Positions 1 to 7,633 of a stretch of 30,891 nucleotides of DNA are shown here, piece by piece. Source of the DNA: Chloroflexota bacterium (GTDB lineage: Bacteria; Chloroflexota; Dehalococcoidia; GIF9; UBA5629); assembly GCA_026389635.1 (NCBI GenBank), contig JAPLHM010000083.1:1-30891 (forward strand), in the 5' to 3' direction. The translations under genes and the position numbers were made by a program. Under the pieces are notes generated by a model. That model saw nothing but the letters and a program-made list of their open reading frames with translations, was not told where the DNA came from and ran no database searches. Positions within the stretch are counted from its first letter, which is position 1, and each line of letters starts with the position of its first letter.

Positions 1-65
1 GGCGGCCTCTTGTGGTTATATTGCAAACGGTTATAATTGAAGCGAATATAATACGGAGGTCAGAA

Positions 66-167
66 ATGGGAAGCAAAGGAAGAAGGAACGAGAAAAAACC
101 CAAGAAGCAAGCAGAAAAGAAGCCGGCAGCCAGGACACCGGATAAGACAGAACAAAAGAAGAAATAA
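66..167 (+). CDS. Putative 33-aa Lys-rich small protein (MGSKGRRNEKKPKKQAEKKPAARTPDKTEQKKK), not in the ORF track
   Basis: GGAGGT Shine-Dalgarno at 55-60, ATG at 66, tandem stops TAA TAG at 165-170, TATAAT hexamers at 32-37 and 47-52. No homology evidence. Confidence 0.45.
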   Translation: MGSKGRRNEKKPKKQAEKKPAARTPDKTEQKKK

Positions 168-288
168 TAGTACCGCTAATACAGATTGGGGCACACTGGC
201 GACCGGGCAGGATAGTTGCCCTGTTGTTCCAGGTTAAGGCATAATCTGATGATCAGGGACGATGAATATACGTCCAGGAGCACTAACC

Positions 289-1743
289 TTGTTTGAGCAG
301 GCCTTTAAGAACATTGACGACACGCTCCGTAAGGATGCCGGTTGCAGCAGCGAACTGGATTATGTGGAGCAAACATCGTGGATTCTCTTTCTGAAATACC
401 TGGATGATTTTGAGAAGGACAGGCAAACGGCGGCTGAACTGGCGGGCAGGGCATATAAGGGCATCATTAGCTCTGAGTACCGCTGGGAAGCATGGGCGGC
501 GCCCAAAGACAGCAACGGCAAATTAGATCATCATAACGCGCTCACCGGCGATGACCTGAAAGACTTCGTTGACAGCAAACTGTTTCCCTATATGAAGAGA
601 TTCAAAACCGACGCCCTGGGCCCGGACACCATCGAATACAAGATCGGTGAGATTTTCAGCGAGCTGAAAAACAAAATTCAGAGCGGCTACAACCTGCGCG
701 AGGTCATTAATCTTATCGAAGAACTCCGATTCGGTTCCCATGCCGAAAAGCACGAGATGTCGCACCTGTATGAAGACAAGATCAAAAACATGGGCAATGC
801 GGGCAGAAATGGCGGTGAATATTACACACCCCGCCCACTCATCAAGGCTATCGTTAGAGTCGTTGCGCCCACTATCGGCAACAAGGTCTATGACGGCGCG
901 CTCGGCTCGGCAGGCTTCCTAGCGGAGTCTTTTGAATACCTGAAAAACAGCAAGGACCTCACTACCAAAGATGCGGAAACCCTGCAGAAGAGCACCTTCT
1001 ACGGCAAGGAAAAGAAATCGCTGGCTTACATCATCGGCATCATGAATATGATCCTGCATGGCATCGAAGCTCCCAACGTTGTGCATACCAACACCCTGGC
1101 GGAAAACCTGGCCGATATCCAGGAAAAAGACCGCTTCGACATCGTCCTGGCCAATCCCCCTTTTGGCGGCAAGGAACGCGCCGAGGTGCAGCAGAACTTC
1201 CCTATCAAGACCGGTGAGACCGCTTTTCTCTTCCTCCAACATTTCATCAAAATACTCAAAGCAGGCGGCCGGGCAGGTGTGGTAATCAAGAATACCTTTC
1301 TATCCAATACTGACAATGCCTCAACCAGCCTCCGCAGGCTGTTGCTGGAAAGCTGCAACCTGCATACCGTGCTTGATTTGCCCGGCGGCGTCTTCGCCGG
1401 CGCGGGCGTTAAGACCGTGGTGCTCTTTTTTGATAAGGGCGCGCCCACCCGAAAAGTCTGGTTCTACCAGCTCAACCTGGACAGGAATCTTGGAAAGACC
1501 AACCCGCTGAACGAAGCTGATCTTGAGGATTTCGTAAAATTGCAGAAAACAAAAGCCGATTCAGACAATTCCTGGTCGGTGAATGTGGCGGATGTGGATA
1601 CCACTACCTGCGACCTGTCTGTGAAAAATCCGAATAAAAAGGATGAAACCGCCCTCAGAGATCCGCAAGAGATACTGGACGATATGCAGAGACTGGATGA
1701 GGAGAGCACGGAAATCCTGAGTACGATCAGGGAACTGGTATGA
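289..1743 (+). CDS. hsdM: Type I RM N6-adenine methyltransferase subunit M
   Basis: Motif I (VYDGALGSAGFL), motif IV NPPF, GEYYTPRPLI. Start moved from 262 to TTG at 289 because AGGAG at 276-280 precedes it and it gives the family-typical MFEQ N-terminus. Confidence 0.97.
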   Translation: MFEQAFKNIDDTLRKDAGCSSELDYVEQTSWILFLKYLDDFEKDRQTAAELAGRAYKGIISSEYRWEAWAAPKDSNGKLDHHNALTGDDLKDFVDSKLFPYMKRFKTDALGPDTIEYKIGEIFSELKNKIQSGYNLREVINLIEELRFGSHAEKHEMSHLYEDKIKNMGNAGRNGGEYYTPRPLIKAIVRVVAPTIGNKVYDGALGSAGFLAESFEYLKNSKDLTTKDAETLQKSTFYGKEKKSLAYIIGIMNMILHGIEAPNVVHTNTLAENLADIQEKDRFDIVLANPPFGGKERAEVQQNFPIKTGETAFLFLQHFIKILKAGGRAGVVIKNTFLSNTDNASTSLRRLLLESCNLHTVLDLPGGVFAGAGVKTVVLFFDKGAPTRKVWFYQLNLDRNLGKTNPLNEADLEDFVKLQKTKADSDNSWSVNVADVDTTTCDLSVKNPNKKDETALRDPQEILDDMQRLDEESTEILSTIRELV

Positions 1744-2819
1744 AGAAGGATTGGAAAGAGAAAAAGCTGGGTGAGGTTTGTGAGGTTCTGGACAGCAAGC
1801 GCAAACCAATAACTAAAAGAGACAGAACTGCCGGTGAGTACCCATATTATGGTGCAACAGGTATTTTAGATCACGTTCATGACTATATTTTCGACGAAAA
1901 ACTTATACTCATCGGGGAAGACGGCGCCAAATGGGGTCCAGGAGAAAATTCGGCATTTATTGCGGAAGGGAAATATTGGGTTAACAATCACGCACATGTT
2001 ATACGCCCTAATAGATCAATAGTATTGGACAACTGGATTGTTTACTTTCTGAATTTCAACGATTTGTCCAAATATGTGACAGGACTTACTGTCCCAAAAT
2101 TAAATCAAGAAAAAATGCGGGGGATTATTTTGCCAATCCCTCCTCTCTCCGAACAAAAGCGTACCGTCGCCATCCTGGATGAAGCCTTTGCCGCCATCGC
2201 CACGGTAAAAGAAAACGCCGAAAAGAACCTGCAAAACGCCCGCGCTCTATTTGAAAGTTATTTGGATGAAGCTGATGCAGATAAGGCTTGTCTCGGTGAC
2301 CTTGTTGATATAACAACAGGTAAGTTAGATGCAAATGCGGCTACAGAATGCGGAGAATATCCTTTCTTTACATGTTCCAGAGACATTTACAAAATTGACA
2401 AATATGCTTTCGATTGTGAAGCAATCCTATTGGCCGGGAACAACGCCGTAGGTGATTTTAATGTGAAGCACTACAATGGTAAATTTAATGCGTACCAGAG
2501 GACATATGTGATTACGGTAAATGAGAAAAAGCAAGTGCTGTATCGGTTTCTCTATTTCCAAATGTTGAAGAGCTTGAAGAAATTCAAAGACCAGTCAGTA
2601 GGTGCAGGGACCAAGTTTCTGAAACTTGGAATGATCAAAGATATGAAAATTGCGTTGCCAAGCCTTCCTGAACAGGGAATGATAGTTACTAATATGGATT
2701 CGCTACTTGAAGAAACCCAACACCTCGAGGTAATCTACCAGCAAAAGCTCGCCGCGCTGGAGGAGTTGAAAAAGTCGCTGCTACAAAAAGCCTTTAACGG
2801 AGAATTATTTGGAGAATGA
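1740..2819 (+). CDS. hsdS: Type I RM specificity subunit S, two target-recognition domains (TRDs), 359 aa
   Basis: ATGA overlap with hsdM stop; two PPLxEQ-type conserved regions (IPPLSEQ, LPSLPEQ); C-terminal LKKSLLQKAFNGEL. Confidence 0.95.
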   Translation: MKKDWKEKKLGEVCEVLDSKRKPITKRDRTAGEYPYYGATGILDHVHDYIFDEKLILIGEDGAKWGPGENSAFIAEGKYWVNNHAHVIRPNRSIVLDNWIVYFLNFNDLSKYVTGLTVPKLNQEKMRGIILPIPPLSEQKRTVAILDEAFAAIATVKENAEKNLQNARALFESYLDEADADKACLGDLVDITTGKLDANAATECGEYPFFTCSRDIYKIDKYAFDCEAILLAGNNAVGDFNVKHYNGKFNAYQRTYVITVNEKKQVLYRFLYFQMLKSLKKFKDQSVGAGTKFLKLGMIKDMKIALPSLPEQGMIVTNMDSLLEETQHLEVIYQQKLAALEELKKSLLQKAFNGELFGE

Positions 2820-2823
2820 AACC

Positions 2824-2838
2824 GTGACAAATTGTCAC
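2824..2838. repeat. Perfect 15-bp palindrome GTGACAA-A-TTGTCAC
   Basis: Read directly from the sequence. Confidence 0.9.
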
Positions 2839-2872
2839 AGTTTGAATATGGAAACGGTTTACCCATGTAAGC

Positions 2873-2890
2873 GGGGAACAATTTGTCCCC
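2873..2890. repeat. Imperfect palindrome GGGG(A)ACAA-T-TTGTCCCC
   Basis: Read directly; one bulged A; shares the ACAA-w-TTGT core with 2824-2838. Confidence 0.75.
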
Positions 2891-2971
2891 TGGTTGCTTG
2901 AAGCATTTTAAATAAGGACTTATAAAAATGATCAATTTAATACGAAAGCTGACAAACGAAGGGGTCAAATG

Positions 2972-2996
2972 AACTGTACGAAATTATCGTACAGTT
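2972..2996. repeat. Palindrome with 10-bp arms, AACTGTACGA-aatta-TCGTACAGTT
   Basis: Read directly; arms 2972-2981 and 2987-2996 are exact reverse complements. Confidence 0.9.
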
Positions 2997-3093
2997 AAAA
3001 AAGCGGCACCATGGTTTCAACAAGTGAGAATTATAAGGAGCTTCCCGAGATTAAGCGTAAAGCACTCAAGCGGAATAAAAAGGTTAAATAAGC

Positions 3094-5409
3094 ATGAATG
3101 AAGCGGAAACCAGGGCGGAACTGATCGACCCGAAGCTTAAACAGAGCGGTTGGGGTGTAGTCGAAGGCTCCAAAATCCTGCGCGAATACCAGATTACCGC
3201 CGGTAAAATCCAGACCGGAGGAGGGCGCGCCAAACCGCTGATAGCCGATTATGTGCTGGTTTACCAGGGACGCAAACTGGCGGCTATAGAAGCTAAGAGC
3301 ACTGAGCTTGAGGTCGGCGAGGGTGTAGCACAGGCTAAGAACTACGCTGAGAAAATGCGCCTTGCTTATACCTTTACCAGCAACGGCAAAGAGATTTACC
3401 AGATATGCATGCAAACCGGCGAAGAGGGTCTGATTTCCGCTTTCCCCACGCCGGATGACCTCTGGAAGAAAACCTTTGCCTCTCTTAATCTGTGGCTGGA
3501 CAAGTTTAACCAGGTACCATTTGAAGACATCGGCGGCACTAAGAAAGTGCATTACTACCAGGAGATAGCGGTCAACAATGCGATGGCAGCTATTGCGGAA
3601 GGAAAACCACGTATTCTGCTCACCCTGGCAACCGGAACGGGAAAAACCTTCATTGCTTTCCAGATTGCCTGGAAGCTTTTTCAGACCCGCTGGAACCTGA
3701 AACGCGATGGCGCCCGCAGGCCTCGTATCCTGTTCCTGGCAGATAGAAATAACCTGGCCGACCAGGCATTCAACGAGTTTCGCGCCTTCCCTGAAGATGC
3801 CCTGGTGCGGGTTAAGCCGGGGGAGATCAGCAAGCAAGGGAAGGTGCCTACCAACGGCAGTATTTTCTTTACCATCTTCCAGACCTTCATGAGTGGCAAG
3901 GATAACCAGCCTTATTTTGGACAGTATCCGCCCGACTATTTCGATTTTATTATTATCGATGAATGCCATCGTGGAGGTGCAAACGACGAAGGCAATTGGC
4001 GTGATATCATGGAGTATTTTGCTCCTGCCGTCCAGCTCGGTTTAACCGCGACGCCTAAGCGGTTAGAGAATGCGGATACCTATAAGTATTTCGGCGAGCC
4101 GGTGTATGTTTACTCGCTCAAAGAAGGCATTAACGACGGTTTCCTTACCCCTTTTAAGGTAAAGCGCATCCAGACCACGCTCGATGATTATGTCTATACG
4201 TCCGATGACCACATTATTGAAGGTGAGATCGAAGAAGGCAAACTCTATACAGAACCTGATTTCAACAGGATCATCGAGATTAAGGAGCGCGAAGCCAAAC
4301 GGGTAAAAATATTTCTTGCCGATGTCAATCAAACCGAGAAGAGCATTGTGTTTTGCGCTACCCAGGACCACGCGCTGGCCGTCAGGGATTTAATCAACCA
4401 GAACAAGAAAAGCAAGGAGCCCAATTACTGCGTACGCGTTACAGCCAACGACGGCGCTTTGGGCGATCAATACCTGGAGGAATTCAGGGATAATGAAAAG
4501 ACAATCCCGACCATTCTAACCACCTCACAAAAGCTTTCCACAGGCGTGGATGCCCGAAATATCAGAAATATCGTGCTGATGCGGCCGATCAACTCCATGA
4601 TCGAGTTCAAGCAGATAGTCGGCCGCGGGACACGGCTCTTTGATGGGAAAGAGTATTTCACTATCTATGATTTTGTGGACGCCTATCATCATTTCGCCGA
4701 CCCAGAATGGGATGGCGAACCGGTGGAACCTGAACCAAGACAGGAAAGAAAAACTGACATTAGCTCCAGGGAACCCGGTGGCCATTACGGTCCAACCGGT
4801 ACGGGCGACACAGAGAAAAAACAAAAGGTGAAGATTAAGCTGCGTGACGGTAAAGAACGCGAGATCCAATATATGATGTCTACCTCGTTTTGGAGCGTAG
4901 ACGGGCGGCCGATTTCAGCCGAAGAGTTTTTGCAAAACCTGTTTGGTACTTTGCCCGAATTCTTTAAAAGTGAAGATGAACTGCGTAGAATCTGGTCTGA
5001 TCCCGGCACGCGCAGGACACTGCTTGAAAGACTCGGCACTGCCGGTTATGGTAAGGGTATGCTGACAACGATACAAAGAATGATAGATGCCGAAAAAAGC
5101 GACCTGTTTGATGTGCTCGAATACATATCTTTCGCTGTAAAACCGATCACCCGGAAAACAAGGGTGGCCAGGGCACAGTCCCTCATATTCGCTCAAATGA
5201 ACCACCAACAGAAGGAGTTCCTGGAATTTGTTCTTTCCAAGTATATTGAAACCGGCGTCGAGGAACTTGATCAGGAAAAATTGCCCAATCTACTGACATT
5301 GAAATATCACGCGCTCGACGATGCTAAGAGAATACTGGGCGGTGTTGAGGACATCCGCAATATCTTTGTTGGTTTTCAGAAATACCTGTATATGGGCACA
5401 ACGGCGTAA
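3094..5409 (+). CDS. hsdR: Type I RM restriction subunit R (EcoAI/EcoEI-like)
   Basis: Nuclease motif ADYVLV...AIEAK, Walker A ATGTGKT, DECH box, LTATP, QIVGRGTR, helical C-terminal domain. Confidence 0.96.
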   Translation: MNEAETRAELIDPKLKQSGWGVVEGSKILREYQITAGKIQTGGGRAKPLIADYVLVYQGRKLAAIEAKSTELEVGEGVAQAKNYAEKMRLAYTFTSNGKEIYQICMQTGEEGLISAFPTPDDLWKKTFASLNLWLDKFNQVPFEDIGGTKKVHYYQEIAVNNAMAAIAEGKPRILLTLATGTGKTFIAFQIAWKLFQTRWNLKRDGARRPRILFLADRNNLADQAFNEFRAFPEDALVRVKPGEISKQGKVPTNGSIFFTIFQTFMSGKDNQPYFGQYPPDYFDFIIIDECHRGGANDEGNWRDIMEYFAPAVQLGLTATPKRLENADTYKYFGEPVYVYSLKEGINDGFLTPFKVKRIQTTLDDYVYTSDDHIIEGEIEEGKLYTEPDFNRIIEIKEREAKRVKIFLADVNQTEKSIVFCATQDHALAVRDLINQNKKSKEPNYCVRVTANDGALGDQYLEEFRDNEKTIPTILTTSQKLSTGVDARNIRNIVLMRPINSMIEFKQIVGRGTRLFDGKEYFTIYDFVDAYHHFADPEWDGEPVEPEPRQERKTDISSREPGGHYGPTGTGDTEKKQKVKIKLRDGKEREIQYMMSTSFWSVDGRPISAEEFLQNLFGTLPEFFKSEDELRRIWSDPGTRRTLLERLGTAGYGKGMLTTIQRMIDAEKSDLFDVLEYISFAVKPITRKTRVARAQSLIFAQMNHQQKEFLEFVLSKYIETGVEELDQEKLPNLLTLKYHALDDAKRILGGVEDIRNIFVGFQKYLYMGTTA

Positions 5410-5435
5410 CCTTTCAGTTAGCTATTACAGCCGGC

Positions 5436-6586
5436 TTAAAACTTCATCAATTTAGCTATTGAGCCATCGTCTTTAATCGGGCCGACAATCGCCAGGTTCA
5501 ATTTCTCCGTTTTAAACAAATCTCCAGCTATACGCTTTATATCTTCCATGGTGACATTTTCGATGACCTGTGTAACCTCGTCAATAGTCATGATCTTGCC
5601 CGTCAGTACCTCCTGTCCACCGTACCAGCTGGCTACATTGTAGCTGTTCTCCATTCTGAGCAGTAACGAACCCTTGGCCATCTCCCTGACTTTCTTCAAT
5701 TCGGCATCGGATATGCCATCCCTGATAACGGCCAGTTGATGTAAAATACCCTTATTTCCGTAAATAGCCGGCTGCTCATGCCCACACCCAGTATCATATT
5801 AAGCAAATACACTGCAAACCTGTCGGGATGGAAAACGGATGGCGCTTCGACTCCCAGCACCAGGTTTACCTGCTCGGTTTCACGATACTCGATTTTCGTC
5901 CTCGGAACGGCCTGCTCAATAATGCTGTCCCTGTACCCCGGAACTATACCCCCCTGCCAGTCCGCGGTAGCCTGCCGGATTAGTTCAATCGCTTTTTCGG
6001 TTTCAAAATTGCCCGCTATACTCACCAGCATGTTACCGGTTGTATAGCAGTTGTTGAGGTAATGCAGCATCTGCTCATGCGTAATAGCACTGACCGTCTC
6101 TTTGCTGCCCGCGATATCCCTGCCCAGCGCTTTCCCCGGCCACATCAGTTCGTCGAATATCATGCCCACGCGCTGCTGCGGGGAATCAAGGCTCATGTTG
6201 ATCTCTTCGATGATAACCTGCCTTTCCTTATCCACATCCTCTGCACGGAAGAGCGGGTTGCGCAGCAGGTCAACAATCACGTCGACCGCCATTTCAAAAT
6301 GCTGGCTGGCCAGCTTGCAATAATAAGAAGTGACCTCGCGGTCGGTGCCCCCATTCATGATGCCCCCCACACCTTCGATGGCCTCGCTTATCTCGTTGGA
6401 TGTCGGCCTCTTACCGGTGCCTTTGAAACACATATGCTCAACGAAGTGCGATATGCCCGCCTCTTCATCCCTCTCGTAACAGCTCCCTGCCTTGACAAAA
6501 AACAACACGGATACCGACCTGGTATGCGGCATGGGGCAGGTAATGATTTCCAGTCCGTTATCGAGGGTGTCTTTCTTATATTCCAT
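5436..6586 (-). pseudogene. M16 (pitrilysin/insulinase) family zinc peptidase, split by an internal deletion with frameshift near 5748-5750
   Basis: HFVEH zinc motif is intact. The frame breaks after SSRLFTEIR; a second frame resumes as ILHQLAVIRDGISDAELKKVREMAKG and runs into ORF 5436-5699. The span is 1151 nt, not a multiple of 3. Confidence 0.85.
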
Positions 6587-6630
6587 ATTCTTCTGCTCGT
6601 CCTATCAGTGACGCTCCAATTTAATCTCCA

Positions 6631-6639
6631 ATTATAGCA
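6631..6639 (-). promoter_or_regulatory. Extended -10 promoter element (TGCTATAAT) for the M16 peptidase gene
   Basis: ATTATAGCA on the + strand is TGnTATAAT consensus on the - strand, about 45 nt upstream of the ATG. Confidence 0.6.
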
Positions 6640-6661
6640 AATTCAAATCAGCTGATATCCG

Positions 6662-6670
6662 TGCTATAAT
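6662..6670 (+). promoter_or_regulatory. Extended -10 promoter element (TGCTATAAT) for pdxS
   Basis: Perfect TGnTATAAT about 45 nt upstream of the pdxS ATG. Confidence 0.6.
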
Positions 6671-6715
6671 CTATTTGCAGGAACAATTCAATCGTAGGCG
6701 AGATACGAAATAAAG

Positions 6716-7576
6716 ATGGGACTTGAAGAGATGGAAACTGGAACCTGGAAGGTAAAAACGGGCCTTGCCCAAATGCTCAAGGGCGGGGTCATTATGGATG
6801 TCGTGACTCCGGACCAGGCCAGGATAGCCGAAAATGCCGGCGCCTGCGCTGTGATGGCTCTGGAGCGTGTGCCGTCCGACATACGGGCGGACGGGGGCGT
6901 GGCCAGGATGGCCGACCCCACCGTGATCGCGGCTATCATGAAGGCCGTGACCATACCGGTCATGGCGAAGTGCCGCATCGGCCATTTCGTGGAGGCGCAG
7001 GTGCTGCAGGCACTGGGTGTCGATTTTATCGACGAATCGGAGGTGCTGACCCCGGCGGACGAGAGTAATCACGTATGGAAGCATGATTTCAAGGTGCCTT
7101 TCGTCTGCGGCTGCCGCGACCTGGGCGAAGCCCTGCGAAGGGTCGCCGAAGGCGCCGCCATGATACGCACCAAGGGTGAAGCGGGCTCGGTACAGTCTGC
7201 ACTGCGCAGGCTGAAATCAATGAGCCCTGACGAGCTTCCCGCCGAGGCCAAGTCGTTGGGGGCGCCTCTTGAATTAGTCATCGAGGTGCATAAAACCGGT
7301 AAATTATCTGTGGTCAACTTCGCCGCAGGCGGTGTGGCCACACCTGCCGACGCGGCGCTTATGATGCAACTCGGAGCCGAAGGCGTATTCGTAGGGTCAG
7401 GGATATTTAAATCCAGCGACCCTCAAGCGCGTGCCATAGCCGTGGTAAAAGCGGTCACACATTATAACGATCCTGCCATCCTTGCCGAGGTATCAAAGTC
7501 GCTTGGCGCTGCCATGCCCGGCCTCGATATCAAAAGCATACCTGAAGACAATTTGCTGGCCACCAGGGGATGGTAA
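6716..7576 (+). CDS. pdxS: Pyridoxal 5'-phosphate synthase lyase subunit, apparently lacking about 12 internal residues
   Basis: [48 protein letters not shown] and C-terminal RGW are present. The usual TGN(I/V)VEAVRHMR after TKGEAG is absent. Confidence 0.95.
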   Translation: MGLEEMETGTWKVKTGLAQMLKGGVIMDVVTPDQARIAENAGACAVMALERVPSDIRADGGVARMADPTVIAAIMKAVTIPVMAKCRIGHFVEAQVLQALGVDFIDESEVLTPADESNHVWKHDFKVPFVCGCRDLGEALRRVAEGAAMIRTKGEAGSVQSALRRLKSMSPDELPAEAKSLGAPLELVIEVHKTGKLSVVNFAAGGVATPADAALMMQLGAEGVFVGSGIFKSSDPQARAIAVVKAVTHYNDPAILAEVSKSLGAAMPGLDIKSIPEDNLLATRGW

Positions 7577-7633
7577 CTTGCCCGCAGAATACTCGGCTAT
7601 TGATGCCATACCCACCAACATAGAGGGGTCGTC

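Larger units (their letters stand above)
2812..3091 (+). pseudogene. Fragmented relic of Bro-N-like DNA-binding passenger gene(s)
   Basis: Fragments in different frames read ENETVTNCHSLNM (2812-2850), GTICP (2875-2889), LIRKLTNEG / SNELYEIIVQLK (~2937-3000) and KSGTMVSTSENYKELPEIKRK..., with stop TAA at 3089-3091, 2 nt before the hsdR ATG. These resemble recalled Bro-N-family segments (EGNETVTNCHGLKM, EGSEVYEKIVQLK, C-terminal VSTxENY); not verified by search. Confidence 0.55.

Noticed and set aside
2820-3093. Palindromes as a CRISPR array, integron attC sites or terminators
   Set aside because: The units are not identical repeats with regular spacers, and there are no cas or integrase genes. 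They lack GTTRRRY/RYYYAAC ends and have AT-rich centres without a U-tract.
3031-5208. Minus-strand ORFs over hsdR (for example 3031-3969)
   Set aside because: Antisense to a complete, motif-rich hsdR; no independent support.
1-5435. RM operon as part of a defined integrative element
   Set aside because: Composition looks foreign, but there is no integrase, transposase, tRNA/ssrA target or direct repeat in the window, and the left boundary lies outside it.
5696-5750. Programmed ribosomal frameshift explaining the split M16 peptidase (also considered for the EmrB-like gene)
   Set aside because: Conserved residues are physically missing at both junctions, so recoding could not restore the protein. 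I saw no canonical slippery heptamer plus stimulator.
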